Source of the DNA: a virus | Taxonomy: Duplodnaviria; Caudoviricetes | Virus record (IMG/VR): IMGVR_UViG_3300020042_006411 | Span: 1-29,356 of that record | Direction: 5' to 3' (one strand) | DNA length: 29,356 nt | Part shown: one piece after another, positions 1 through 7,102 of the stretch | How positions within the stretch are numbered: position 1 is the stretch's first letter | Layout: every line of letters starts with the position of its first letter | The notes under the pieces: model-generated | Databases searched by the model: none | Told to the model about the DNA's origin: nothing | What the model saw: the letters and a program-made list of their open reading frames with translations, nothing else | Program-made: the position numbers and the translations under genes

Positions 1-104
1 GGTCAGCATTGACCCGTAAAAAGAAAAGCGAAAGTGGTTGGGCTTTTGCCGCGAGCACAATGGAGGTCCGCATTGGATTCCTTATCAGCGATTGAGAAAA
101 AGGC

Positions 105-133
105 TTGCGACTTCTCAAAAGTGAGAGAGAATC
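105..133 (+). promoter_or_regulatory. Putative late promoter with palindromic operator (copy 1)
   Basis: TTGCGA (105-110), N16, GAGAAT (127-132), with TCTCA-AAAG-TGAGA (113-126) in the spacer; immediately before the ATG at 142. The motif recurs at 4534 and 22130. Confidence 0.55.
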
Positions 134-141
134 GCTCAATT

Positions 142-423
142 ATGGGAGGAAGTCCAAAGCCACAAAAACCCAAAGCGCCACCGCCTACGCCTGCGCCAGT
201 TCGCGCCGACTCCGCTGACGGAGAGCAGGCCAGCACAGCCGCATATCGTCGCATGGGCCTTGATAAAACAATAAACCCGATGAATCCGCTGGCACCAAAA
301 ACGGCGCTTGGCTCAATTGGTGCGCTTGGTTCTGGCGGTGAAGGCGTGATGATTAACACGCGAGCACCTAAGCCGAAGCCCACTAATATCGGCGGGTTTA
401 TGACTCAATTCCCATCTCGCTAA
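142..423 (+). CDS. Small pre-portal virion-associated protein (Pro/Lys-rich N-terminus)
   Basis: ATG at 142 in the frame of ORF 34..423. MGGSPKPQKPKAPPP start and position just before the portal are typical of small virion proteins of T7/BPP-1-like phages. Confidence 0.7.
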   Translation: MGGSPKPQKPKAPPPTPAPVRADSADGEQASTAAYRRMGLDKTINPMNPLAPKTALGSIGALGSGGEGVMINTRAPKPKPTNIGGFMTQFPSR

Positions 424-424
424 T

Positions 425-2107
425 ATGAACGACGAAGGCACGGAGCAAACAAAGAAGTGGCTTAGCTGTTATCAGCGGCTCAAAGATCAGCGCGTGTCGA
501 CTCAAGATCAAATCTGGCAGGACATCGCCAACTACGTAAGCCCGCGCAAGGCAGGCATTACAGAAAAGCGCTACATGCCAGACAGCAACAAAGAGGCGCA
601 AATCTACGACGCGACTGCCACTGACTCCGTGCAACGCGCCGTCTCTGCTTACACGTCGTGGACAACTCCGGCATCACAGCCATGGATTTCGCTGAAACCT
701 AATCTGAAGCTGAAAAATGACGACTCGGTGAAAGGCTGGTTGTCTGAGTGCTCGCAGATTCTCAATCAAGAGGTGAACAGTCGCAGTAACTTCCAACTCG
801 AGCGCCTTGAATCCGTGGCCGACCTTTGGAACTTTGGCACAACTGCCATTTTCTCCGAGATGGGCGAGGGCAATCGCCTGCGCTTTGAGAAAATCAAGAT
901 TGGCACCTACGTCTTTGAGCTTGATCCATTTGGCAAATGCTACCGATTCATCCGCGAGTTTGAACTAACAGCAGAACAGGCACGTCAGCAATTTGGCGAA
1001 GACAATCTTCCCAAGGTTATCAAAGACTGCTTTCAGGGCGATTACAGCAAAGGGAAGAGCTTCACATTTATTCACATCGTCGAGCCTCGCGAGCCTTCCA
1101 AAGTTGGCGCATACGGATACAACATTAAGACGCGCAAGAAGTATGTCTCGGCATACGTCGAGATGTCGTCAAAGAAGATGGTTCAAGAGGGCGGTTACGA
1201 CGGGTTTCCTTTTACCGTTGGCCGTTATTTGTCCTATGACGCAATGATCGGCTCTACTGGATGGGGCTACGGCCCAGGGTTTGCCATTTTGCCAGAAGCT
1301 CGGCAGCTTAATTTCATTCAGCAGATGATGGACGTGTTTGCCGAGAAGCAAGTCTTCCCGCCGATGCTTGTGCCTGACACTTTTGAAGGCAGTCTCAAAA
1401 CGGCAGCACGGGCGCTGAATTACTATCCTTCCGGCATGGGGCCTGAAAGCGTTTATCCTGTGCCTGTAACTGGCGAATGGAGCGTTGCTTTGGAGCGTGT
1501 GCGGATGCGTCAAGACATGATCAAGCGCCTCTGCTCGCTCGATATGTTCCAGATGTTTGCCAGCATTGATCGCGAGATGACTGCTTATGAGGTAGCGCAA
1601 CGTGCGGGTGAAAAGCTGGACACCGTGGGGCCGATTTACCATCGTGACGTTCGTGAGACTATTGAGCCGCATCTACGCCGTGCCTTCGAGCTTTGCGCTG
1701 AGAATGGCTTACTTCCACCACCGCCACAAGAAGCTTATGAACTTGTCGGCCGTGGCTTTGTGCAAGTGGCCGATCCAGAGATTGCGCTCACGTCACGTCT
1801 TGCGATGGCGATTGATAGCTGGAACGCACGCGGAGCCGATGAGGTCATGCAAACGGCCGCTTCGATTGCTGCCATTGATCCTACGGTCATGGACAATATC
1901 GACACGGCTTTTTACATCCGCGAGAAATCGAGGCTTGTCGGTGCTCCTGAAGGGCTGCTCCGCAAGCGTGAAGATGTCCAAGCGATCCAACAACAACGCG
2001 CACAGGCACAGCAAATGCAGCAAGCGGCCATGATGGCTAAGGATGTCGGCAGCGCTGTAAATAGTGCTGGCGGCATCGACAAAGTGAAGGAATTAGTCGG
2101 GGCGTAA
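425..2107 (+). CDS. Portal protein (head-to-tail connector, T7 gp8/BPP-1-like)
   Basis: 560 aa with connector-family motifs: IYDATA..V, TPASQPW, SNF..E...DL.NFGT, GWGYGPG...LPEARQLN, MTAYEVAQRAGEK...GP, and a Gln-rich C-terminus. Confidence 0.92.
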   Translation: MNDEGTEQTKKWLSCYQRLKDQRVSTQDQIWQDIANYVSPRKAGITEKRYMPDSNKEAQIYDATATDSVQRAVSAYTSWTTPASQPWISLKPNLKLKNDDSVKGWLSECSQILNQEVNSRSNFQLERLESVADLWNFGTTAIFSEMGEGNRLRFEKIKIGTYVFELDPFGKCYRFIREFELTAEQARQQFGEDNLPKVIKDCFQGDYSKGKSFTFIHIVEPREPSKVGAYGYNIKTRKKYVSAYVEMSSKKMVQEGGYDGFPFTVGRYLSYDAMIGSTGWGYGPGFAILPEARQLNFIQQMMDVFAEKQVFPPMLVPDTFEGSLKTAARALNYYPSGMGPESVYPVPVTGEWSVALERVRMRQDMIKRLCSLDMFQMFASIDREMTAYEVAQRAGEKLDTVGPIYHRDVRETIEPHLRRAFELCAENGLLPPPPQEAYELVGRGFVQVADPEIALTSRLAMAIDSWNARGADEVMQTAASIAAIDPTVMDNIDTAFYIREKSRLVGAPEGLLRKREDVQAIQQQRAQAQQMQQAAMMAKDVGSAVNSAGGIDKVKELVGA

Positions 2108-2116
2108 TCATCACAC

Positions 2117-2398
2117 ATGACACCATCATCACCTGAGTTACTAACGCCGCTGACGGCCGACGAAAAAAAGGACGTGCTAAAAGCCGCTCTCCGACTTTTC
2201 GACAAGCCGGATTTTCAGCTAGTCTTCCGCTCACTCAATGCGGACGTGGGCGGCATCCTAAATCCTGCCTTCGAGCAAGGCGGCGATGTAGTTAAAGCAG
2301 CATTCCGAGAAGGGCAGAAAGAGCCGCTTCGATGGCTATTCACGATGCACCTAAAGGGCATTCCAGAAACCGAAAAACCGCAAGAACAAGAAACATGA
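2117..2398 (+). CDS. Bbp19-like small head-associated protein
   Basis: 93 aa directly after the portal; AAFREGQKEPLRWL resembles the AFxEGxR motif of post-portal proteins in BPP-1-like phages. Confidence 0.7.
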   Translation: MTPSSPELLTPLTADEKKDVLKAALRLFDKPDFQLVFRSLNADVGGILNPAFEQGGDVVKAAFREGQKEPLRWLFTMHLKGIPETEKPQEQET

Positions 2399-2622
2399 CT
2401 GAAAAAAAACTCACATTTAAAGAATTTGCATTATCTAACCTGACGCTATCCGATCTTTCGAGGTCTGAGATTGTAGCGTTGTTAGAGGATAAACAAATGA
2501 CATCCGCCGTGTATGTCGCAGTTCAGTCTGAACTCATTAACAGGATTTCAGCGCCTAATCGTGCGAATTTTATGACAGGAGAATTGAACCCACTGCTACT
2601 AAAGGAAATTGACAGATTATGA
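2395..2622 (+). CDS. Hypothetical protein (75 aa)
   Basis: ATG at 2395; ATGA overlaps at both ends (2395-2398 and 2619-2622) indicate translational coupling. Confidence 0.65.
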   Translation: MTEKKLTFKEFALSNLTLSDLSRSEIVALLEDKQMTSAVYVAVQSELINRISAPNRANFMTGELNPLLLKEIDRL

Positions 2623-3011
2623 TCACGATCACACCAGACAATCAAATTGACCGCGACGGTGAAATCATCGGCAATATCATCGGCAATATCGCATGGATGA
2701 ACGCCAAGCCAGCGCCGCGCATTATTGGGCAAATTCGCCAAGTCGCAGGCATTGATGGTCTAACCTTTGAAGTCGCCGAAGCGCCAACTGTTAACGAATC
2801 CTTAACTGTTGAACCAATTTCCGCGCCGGAGGTTGTCGGTAATCCGTCGGCGTCGGAGCCTGCCGCTAGTTGTGATGATCTAGCGGCAGGCATTACTTTT
2901 GCCATTAGTTCTGACTGGGGCACGCTAGGCACGCCATACTTTGCGCGATGCTTCGTTAATCATTACGGCAACGACGCCTACTCGCAATTCTGCAAAGCTA
3001 ACGGCATCTAA
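2619..3011 (+). CDS. Hypothetical protein (130 aa) whose middle is encoded by palindromic/hairpin DNA
   Basis: Coupled to the upstream gene by ATGA; ends 9 nt before the scaffold gene. Confidence 0.65.
   Translation: MITITPDNQIDRDGEIIGNIIGNIAWMNAKPAPRIIGQIRQVAGIDGLTFEVAEAPTVNESLTVEPISAPEVVGNPSASEPAASCDDLAAGITFAISSDWGTLGTPYFARCFVNHYGNDAYSQFCKANGI
2858..2900 (+). other. Perfect 12-bp hairpin with loop TTGTGATGAT, followed by ATTACTTTT
   Basis: GCCTGCCGCTAG (2858-2869) and CTAGCGGCAGGC (2880-2891) are exact reverse complements. Confidence 0.75.
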
Positions 3012-3020
3012 TTTCTCCAT

Positions 3021-3878
3021 ATGGAAACCGAAACTACACCACCACCAGCGGACAACGCATTGCAAACGCAAGCAGCGACCACAACTGAAACGACAACGAC
3101 GCCAATTGAGGCAGCGCCATCTACGGCGACACGGCCTGATTACATCCCTGAAAAGTTTTGGGATGCGCAGAAGGGCGAGCCAAAAGTTGACCAACTTGGC
3201 GCTTCTTATCTTCAGCTTGAAAAGGCTTTCGGCGCTAAATCGCAGGCTCCAAAGAAACCTGGGGCCGACGCATCGCCAGAGGATCAGGCCAAGTATTATG
3301 CCGATCTTCGCAAGTTCACCGGAGCGCCAGAGAAGCCAGAAGATTACGGCATTAAGGCACCTGACAACCTTCCTGCAGGCGTTGAATGGAATGCTGAATT
3401 AGCCGGAAAAGCTGCGGGCATTGCTCACAAATACGGAGTGCCACCGGAAGCGCTGCATGAGTTAATTGCTCTCAATAATGAGAATATCAGCAGCATTGTG
3501 GCAAAGTCTGAAGATTTTGTAAAAATTTCACATAAAGATCATTTTGTTGATATTCTGACGAAAGAATGGGGAAACGACGCCGTGAGCAACTGGCAAGCAA
3601 TTGATCGAGGCGCATCGGCATCACGCGTGGACAAGACTGCTTTTGACCCTGATGCTGATGTAAGGATGGTTCAGCGAGAACTGGCAAAACTAGTGCTTCA
3701 ACGTGATCAAGATTTTCGCGACGACAAAGGGCTGATCAGCTCTGACTCTCAAGTTACTTATAAAGAGCAAGAGCAGCGGATTCTAAAGGGCGACGATTTT
3801 AACGGCAAAAACGGGCCGGAAGCTCAACAGGCAGCATTGGCAAAGCTAAAAGGATTGTTTGAGGCTTCTCAGCGCTAA
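3021..3878 (+). CDS. Capsid assembly scaffolding protein
   Basis: Low-complexity Thr/Pro/Ala N-terminus, RPDYIPEKFWD, SYLQLEKAFG, GAPEKPEDY, KEWG motifs; located between portal and capsid. Confidence 0.82.
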   Translation: METETTPPPADNALQTQAATTTETTTTPIEAAPSTATRPDYIPEKFWDAQKGEPKVDQLGASYLQLEKAFGAKSQAPKKPGADASPEDQAKYYADLRKFTGAPEKPEDYGIKAPDNLPAGVEWNAELAGKAAGIAHKYGVPPEALHELIALNNENISSIVAKSEDFVKISHKDHFVDILTKEWGNDAVSNWQAIDRGASASRVDKTAFDPDADVRMVQRELAKLVLQRDQDFRDDKGLISSDSQVTYKEQEQRILKGDDFNGKNGPEAQQAALAKLKGLFEASQR

Positions 3879-3880
3879 TT

Positions 3881-4516
3881 ATGCGAAACGTAAATTGTCC
3901 AAAAGCTAGGGTGTATATTCGCTGTGATGCCTTTGGCGGATCGGTGAATGAATATGAACCGGCATGGCTCGTATCTGTGCGGGCCATGCGTAATAGGCCA
4001 CTTTGCTTTCAAGTGTGGGTTGATAAATATGCGGCTTGTTACGACAAAGTTCCGCCGCATTGCGTGTTATGGTTTGAACCGGACGAAGACAACAAGCCTA
4101 ATTTGCCACTGCATAAAGTGCAAATGTGGGAATGCCTTTCCGGCTCCATTGAAGTCTGGCGCAAAGATCAACTGGCTGATGTTCCTGTGCTGATTAATTT
4201 AGGTAAAGGCTTCGCTCCAGCTAGAGGCCATTACTGGTTCACTATCGACTACCTCCCAGAAGGTCAATCGTCCGGGTTGTTTGACATCGGAGATGCCGAG
4301 CTACTCGAGGAGCACAAAGAAGCCAACGTGATCAAGTTGGAGAATGGGCAACTGGCCATTTACCCGAATAACCGCATTAAATGGCTTCCGGTTTCGCTGA
4401 CTGGAAAAGACGCTGCATCGGCGATTCCAGATTGGGACGCTGCCACCAACGCGCAATGGGATGAAAGCTGGATGGATTCCGACGAGATTTTAGGAGATGC
4501 AAAGTGGGCTTATTAA
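3881..4516 (+). CDS. Conserved phage protein of unknown function
   Basis: 211 aa with QMWEC, YWFTIDY and EEHK...KLENGQLAIYPNNRIKW; I recognise this pattern from uncharacterised proteins of aquatic phages. Confidence 0.75.
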   Translation: MRNVNCPKARVYIRCDAFGGSVNEYEPAWLVSVRAMRNRPLCFQVWVDKYAACYDKVPPHCVLWFEPDEDNKPNLPLHKVQMWECLSGSIEVWRKDQLADVPVLINLGKGFAPARGHYWFTIDYLPEGQSSGLFDIGDAELLEEHKEANVIKLENGQLAIYPNNRIKWLPVSLTGKDAASAIPDWDAATNAQWDESWMDSDEILGDAKWAY

Positions 4517-4533
4517 TTGGCGTCATTTTGCGC

Positions 4534-4563
4534 TTGCATCTTTTCTCAGATGTGAGAATCTAG
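4534..4563 (+). promoter_or_regulatory. Putative late promoter with palindromic operator (copy 2), upstream of the capsid gene
   Basis: TTGCAT (4534-4539), N16, GAATCT (4556-4561) preceded by TGn; TTCTCA-GATG-TGAGAA (4543-4558). Confidence 0.6.
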
Positions 4564-4570
4564 GTTAACA

Positions 4571-4637
4571 ACGGCCCCGCAAGGATAAGCTGTATGCCGG
4601 ACATAGGCCCGCAAACAGCGGAGAACCGAAGAACCGG
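4571..4637 (+). promoter_or_regulatory. Twin structured RNA hairpins in the major capsid leader
   Basis: ACGGC-C-CC-GCAA-GG-ATAA-GCTGT (4571-4593) and GG-C-CCGC-AAACA-GCGG-AGAA-CC (4606-4627), the second flanked by CCGG/CCGG; both share a C / ANAA internal loop. Confidence 0.55.
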
Positions 4638-4705
4638 GAAGACATGACACTTCCTCAGTCGCTCACAAGTGCGGCTCAACTTCACCTCTCTAATTCCCTG
4701 CCAAT

Positions 4706-5605
4706 ATGGCTACTATTGATACCTTCTACCCAACGATGTTCCAGACATCGTTCGACCAAGTTCTACAGCAGATGGATTCCCGTTTGCTTGGCTCCATTAC
4801 TCGCGCCGATTTCACTGGCAAGAAGAAATGGTTCAACCTCCTGAATGACAGCGAGGCACAAGACATTCTTACCCGCAAAGGCGACACTCCAGACGGCGAG
4901 TTTGACGGCTCCAAGTATTGGCTTACCCAGCGCCCAAAGGAAAAGGTTACGACCTTCGACGAATGGGACAAGCACTTCCTTGGCACCATTGTTCTGCCAA
5001 CTTCTGACGAAGTTCAAAGCCACGCGATGGCCTTCAACCGCGCCACCGATGACGTGATCATCAGCGCTTTTGATGCTACCCGCTACATTGGCGAAGACGG
5101 CACTACGACTGACAGCTTCCCAGCTGGTCAATCTATCGCTTCAGGCTATGTTGAAACTGGTTCTGATACTCCATCTGGTATGACGCTCGCAAAGTTGCGC
5201 CGCGCTAAGTATCTCATGGATCTTAGCGAAGTGCCTGATTCCGAGCGTTACATCGTTATCGGTGCAAAGCAGGAGCAAGACCTCCTTCGCGACACCAACC
5301 TGACAAGCGCTGACTTCAACACGGTCAAAGCTCTGGTTGATGGCAAGGTTGACACCTTCCTCGGATTCAAATTCCTGAAGTCTCAGCGTCTGCCAGTTGG
5401 CACCGTTTCCGGTGTTGCTGACATCCGCAGCTGCTTCGCCTTCCACAAGTCTGCAATCAAGTTCGCCATGAGCGACCGCCAGACCCGCATGGACATCCTG
5501 CCACAGCGTCGTCACGCCCTCCAGATCCGCTCGACCATGATGCTCGGTGCCGTCCGCACTGAGAATGAAAAGGTTGTTCGTATCTACAGCGACGAAACTC
5601 CATAA
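4706..5605 (+). CDS. Major capsid protein
   Basis: 299 aa; LQQMDSRL start, AMAFNRATDDVIISA, TSADFNTVKALVDGKVDTFLGFKF, GAVRTENEKVV end; follows the scaffold and precedes a terminator. Confidence 0.92.
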   Translation: MATIDTFYPTMFQTSFDQVLQQMDSRLLGSITRADFTGKKKWFNLLNDSEAQDILTRKGDTPDGEFDGSKYWLTQRPKEKVTTFDEWDKHFLGTIVLPTSDEVQSHAMAFNRATDDVIISAFDATRYIGEDGTTTDSFPAGQSIASGYVETGSDTPSGMTLAKLRRAKYLMDLSEVPDSERYIVIGAKQEQDLLRDTNLTSADFNTVKALVDGKVDTFLGFKFLKSQRLPVGTVSGVADIRSCFAFHKSAIKFAMSDRQTRMDILPQRRHALQIRSTMMLGAVRTENEKVVRIYSDETP

Positions 5606-5617
5606 CCTGAACTGATC

Positions 5618-5645
5618 GGGGCGGTGTAAAAACCGCCCCTTTTTT
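5618..5645 (+). terminator. Intrinsic terminator after the capsid gene
   Basis: GGGGCGGT-GTAAAA-ACCGCCCC followed by T6. Confidence 0.85.
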
Positions 5646-5672
5646 AAACCTTTACCCTCACAAAATACTCTT

Positions 5673-6149
5673 ATGGCTGCTCTTACTCCAACAGATACAT
5701 TCTACCTCGGCCAAGTCGCCGCACTCCTAGACGGTTCCGAACGTCCGACAAAATCACCGCTTCAAGGCGGCACGCTTCACAGCATTCGCGTTAGCTACGC
5801 TCTCACCGATGCCGAAGCTACCAATGATACACTGAATCTTTGCTACCTTCCTAAAGGTGCGTTGGTTCATCGCAACCTAAGTTACATTGAACTGATCGAC
5901 CCAGGCACTGGCACGCTCACTGTCGATGTTGGCACCTCCAGCAACGGAGACTGCTACGCGGACGGCATCGCCCTTTCCTCGGGTGGTTCCATCAGCTTTG
6001 GCTCAACCGTTGCGGGCACGGCTGGCGATCTTGCATCTTCAGTGCTTACCACCACGGATAACACGCTTGTAACGCTGACATGTGCAACTGCTAGCGGTGA
6101 TCTCGCGGGAACGATTTATGTCACCATCGTTTATTCGATCTTCAATTAA
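5673..6149 (+). CDS. Probable capsid decoration/cement protein
   Basis: 158 aa, beta-rich (LPKGALV, TLTVDVG, GTIYVTIVY); directly after the capsid gene and bracketed by terminators. Confidence 0.65.
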   Translation: MAALTPTDTFYLGQVAALLDGSERPTKSPLQGGTLHSIRVSYALTDAEATNDTLNLCYLPKGALVHRNLSYIELIDPGTGTLTVDVGTSSNGDCYADGIALSSGGSISFGSTVAGTAGDLASSVLTTTDNTLVTLTCATASGDLAGTIYVTIVYSIFN

Positions 6150-6169
6150 CCTTCCCGTTGGTTGACCTC

Positions 6170-6208
6170 GGGAGGCTCCTTGTGTATTAAGGGGCCTCCC
6201 TTTTTCTT
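6170..6208 (+). terminator. Intrinsic terminator
   Basis: GGGAGGCTCCTT-GTGTATT-AAGGGGCCTCCC followed by TTTTTCTT. Confidence 0.85.
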
Positions 6209-6222
6209 GAATCATTACCATT

Positions 6223-7098
6223 ATGGCCGCTACTGCTACAGAGATCGCAAACCTTGCAATTGCCCATCTTGGTGGAAGGGCGCTGACTGCGCTTTCCACT
6301 GACACGACTCAACAAGCGGCTAGTTTGCGGAAGTGGTATAATCCAGACGCAGGAACGCCAGTTTATACGGCACTTGATGAGGCATTACGGGCGCATCCGT
6401 GGAATTTTGCTACAGCTAGAAAGCGGCAAACTGTCACCTATCACACGCTAACAGGAGGCGCATCTGTTTCTGATGCAAGCGGACTCATCAAGATTACGCA
6501 CGCTGGACATGGTTATACCACAGGAGACCGTGTTTATGTAAAGGATGTGCAAGGCGTAACCGTTGCCAATGGTCAATGGTATGTCACCGTAATCAATTCA
6601 AACAACTTCACGCTCGACGAATCTGTTTTTGCTGGCACTTACACGGCGGCGACAGGCAGCGTCGTCGGTATTCCACAGTTTGATTGGGATTTTCAGCATA
6701 CGCCACCAACGGATTGTTTGCGCGTGATTTCACTCAATGCAGGCGGCGGGCAGATGGAAGATGCAGGCGCTGATTTTACCGTTGAAAAAGGGCTAATCCT
6801 TACCGATGAGGAGACTATCAACCTTAAATACATTCAGCGAATTACAGACGTGACCGATTACCCGGCTGATTTTGTGACGGCATTCTCATTTTTGCTTGCC
6901 TCTTGCATCGCACAAGATACACAAGGCGCATCAGGACAGGCTCAACAAATGCGGCAGTTTTACGAAAAGGCAGTAGCGCCACCTGTTAAAGCTCGCGATT
7001 CAAACGAGGGCAAAGCGCGGCGCATTCCACCGTTCAACGATTCACAAGTCATCTCTGCCAGAATGGGCGGTTACTGGACTGGCGGCATAACTGAATAA
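6223..7098 (+). CDS. Tail tubular protein A / head-tail adaptor (T7 gp11-like) with inserted beta domain
   Basis: EIANLAIAHLG, ALRAHPWNFAT, P.DCLRVI, LKYIQRITD...PADFVTA motifs; insertion HGYTTGDRVYVKDVQG...NGQWYVTVINSNNFTL. Confidence 0.85.
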   Translation: MAATATEIANLAIAHLGGRALTALSTDTTQQAASLRKWYNPDAGTPVYTALDEALRAHPWNFATARKRQTVTYHTLTGGASVSDASGLIKITHAGHGYTTGDRVYVKDVQGVTVANGQWYVTVINSNNFTLDESVFAGTYTAATGSVVGIPQFDWDFQHTPPTDCLRVISLNAGGGQMEDAGADFTVEKGLILTDEETINLKYIQRITDVTDYPADFVTAFSFLLASCIAQDTQGASGQAQQMRQFYEKAVAPPVKARDSNEGKARRIPPFNDSQVISARMGGYWTGGITE

Positions 7099-7102
7099 TC
7101 TC

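Noticed and set aside
3-95. C-terminus of an upstream gene (open frame ending in TGA at 93-95)
   Set aside because: Only 30 codons with no recognisable motif; cannot be supported or assigned, including as terminase.
2665-2692. Tandem ATCATCGGCAAT repeat (IIGNIIGNI)
   Set aside because: Two-copy in-frame micro-duplication with no further structure.
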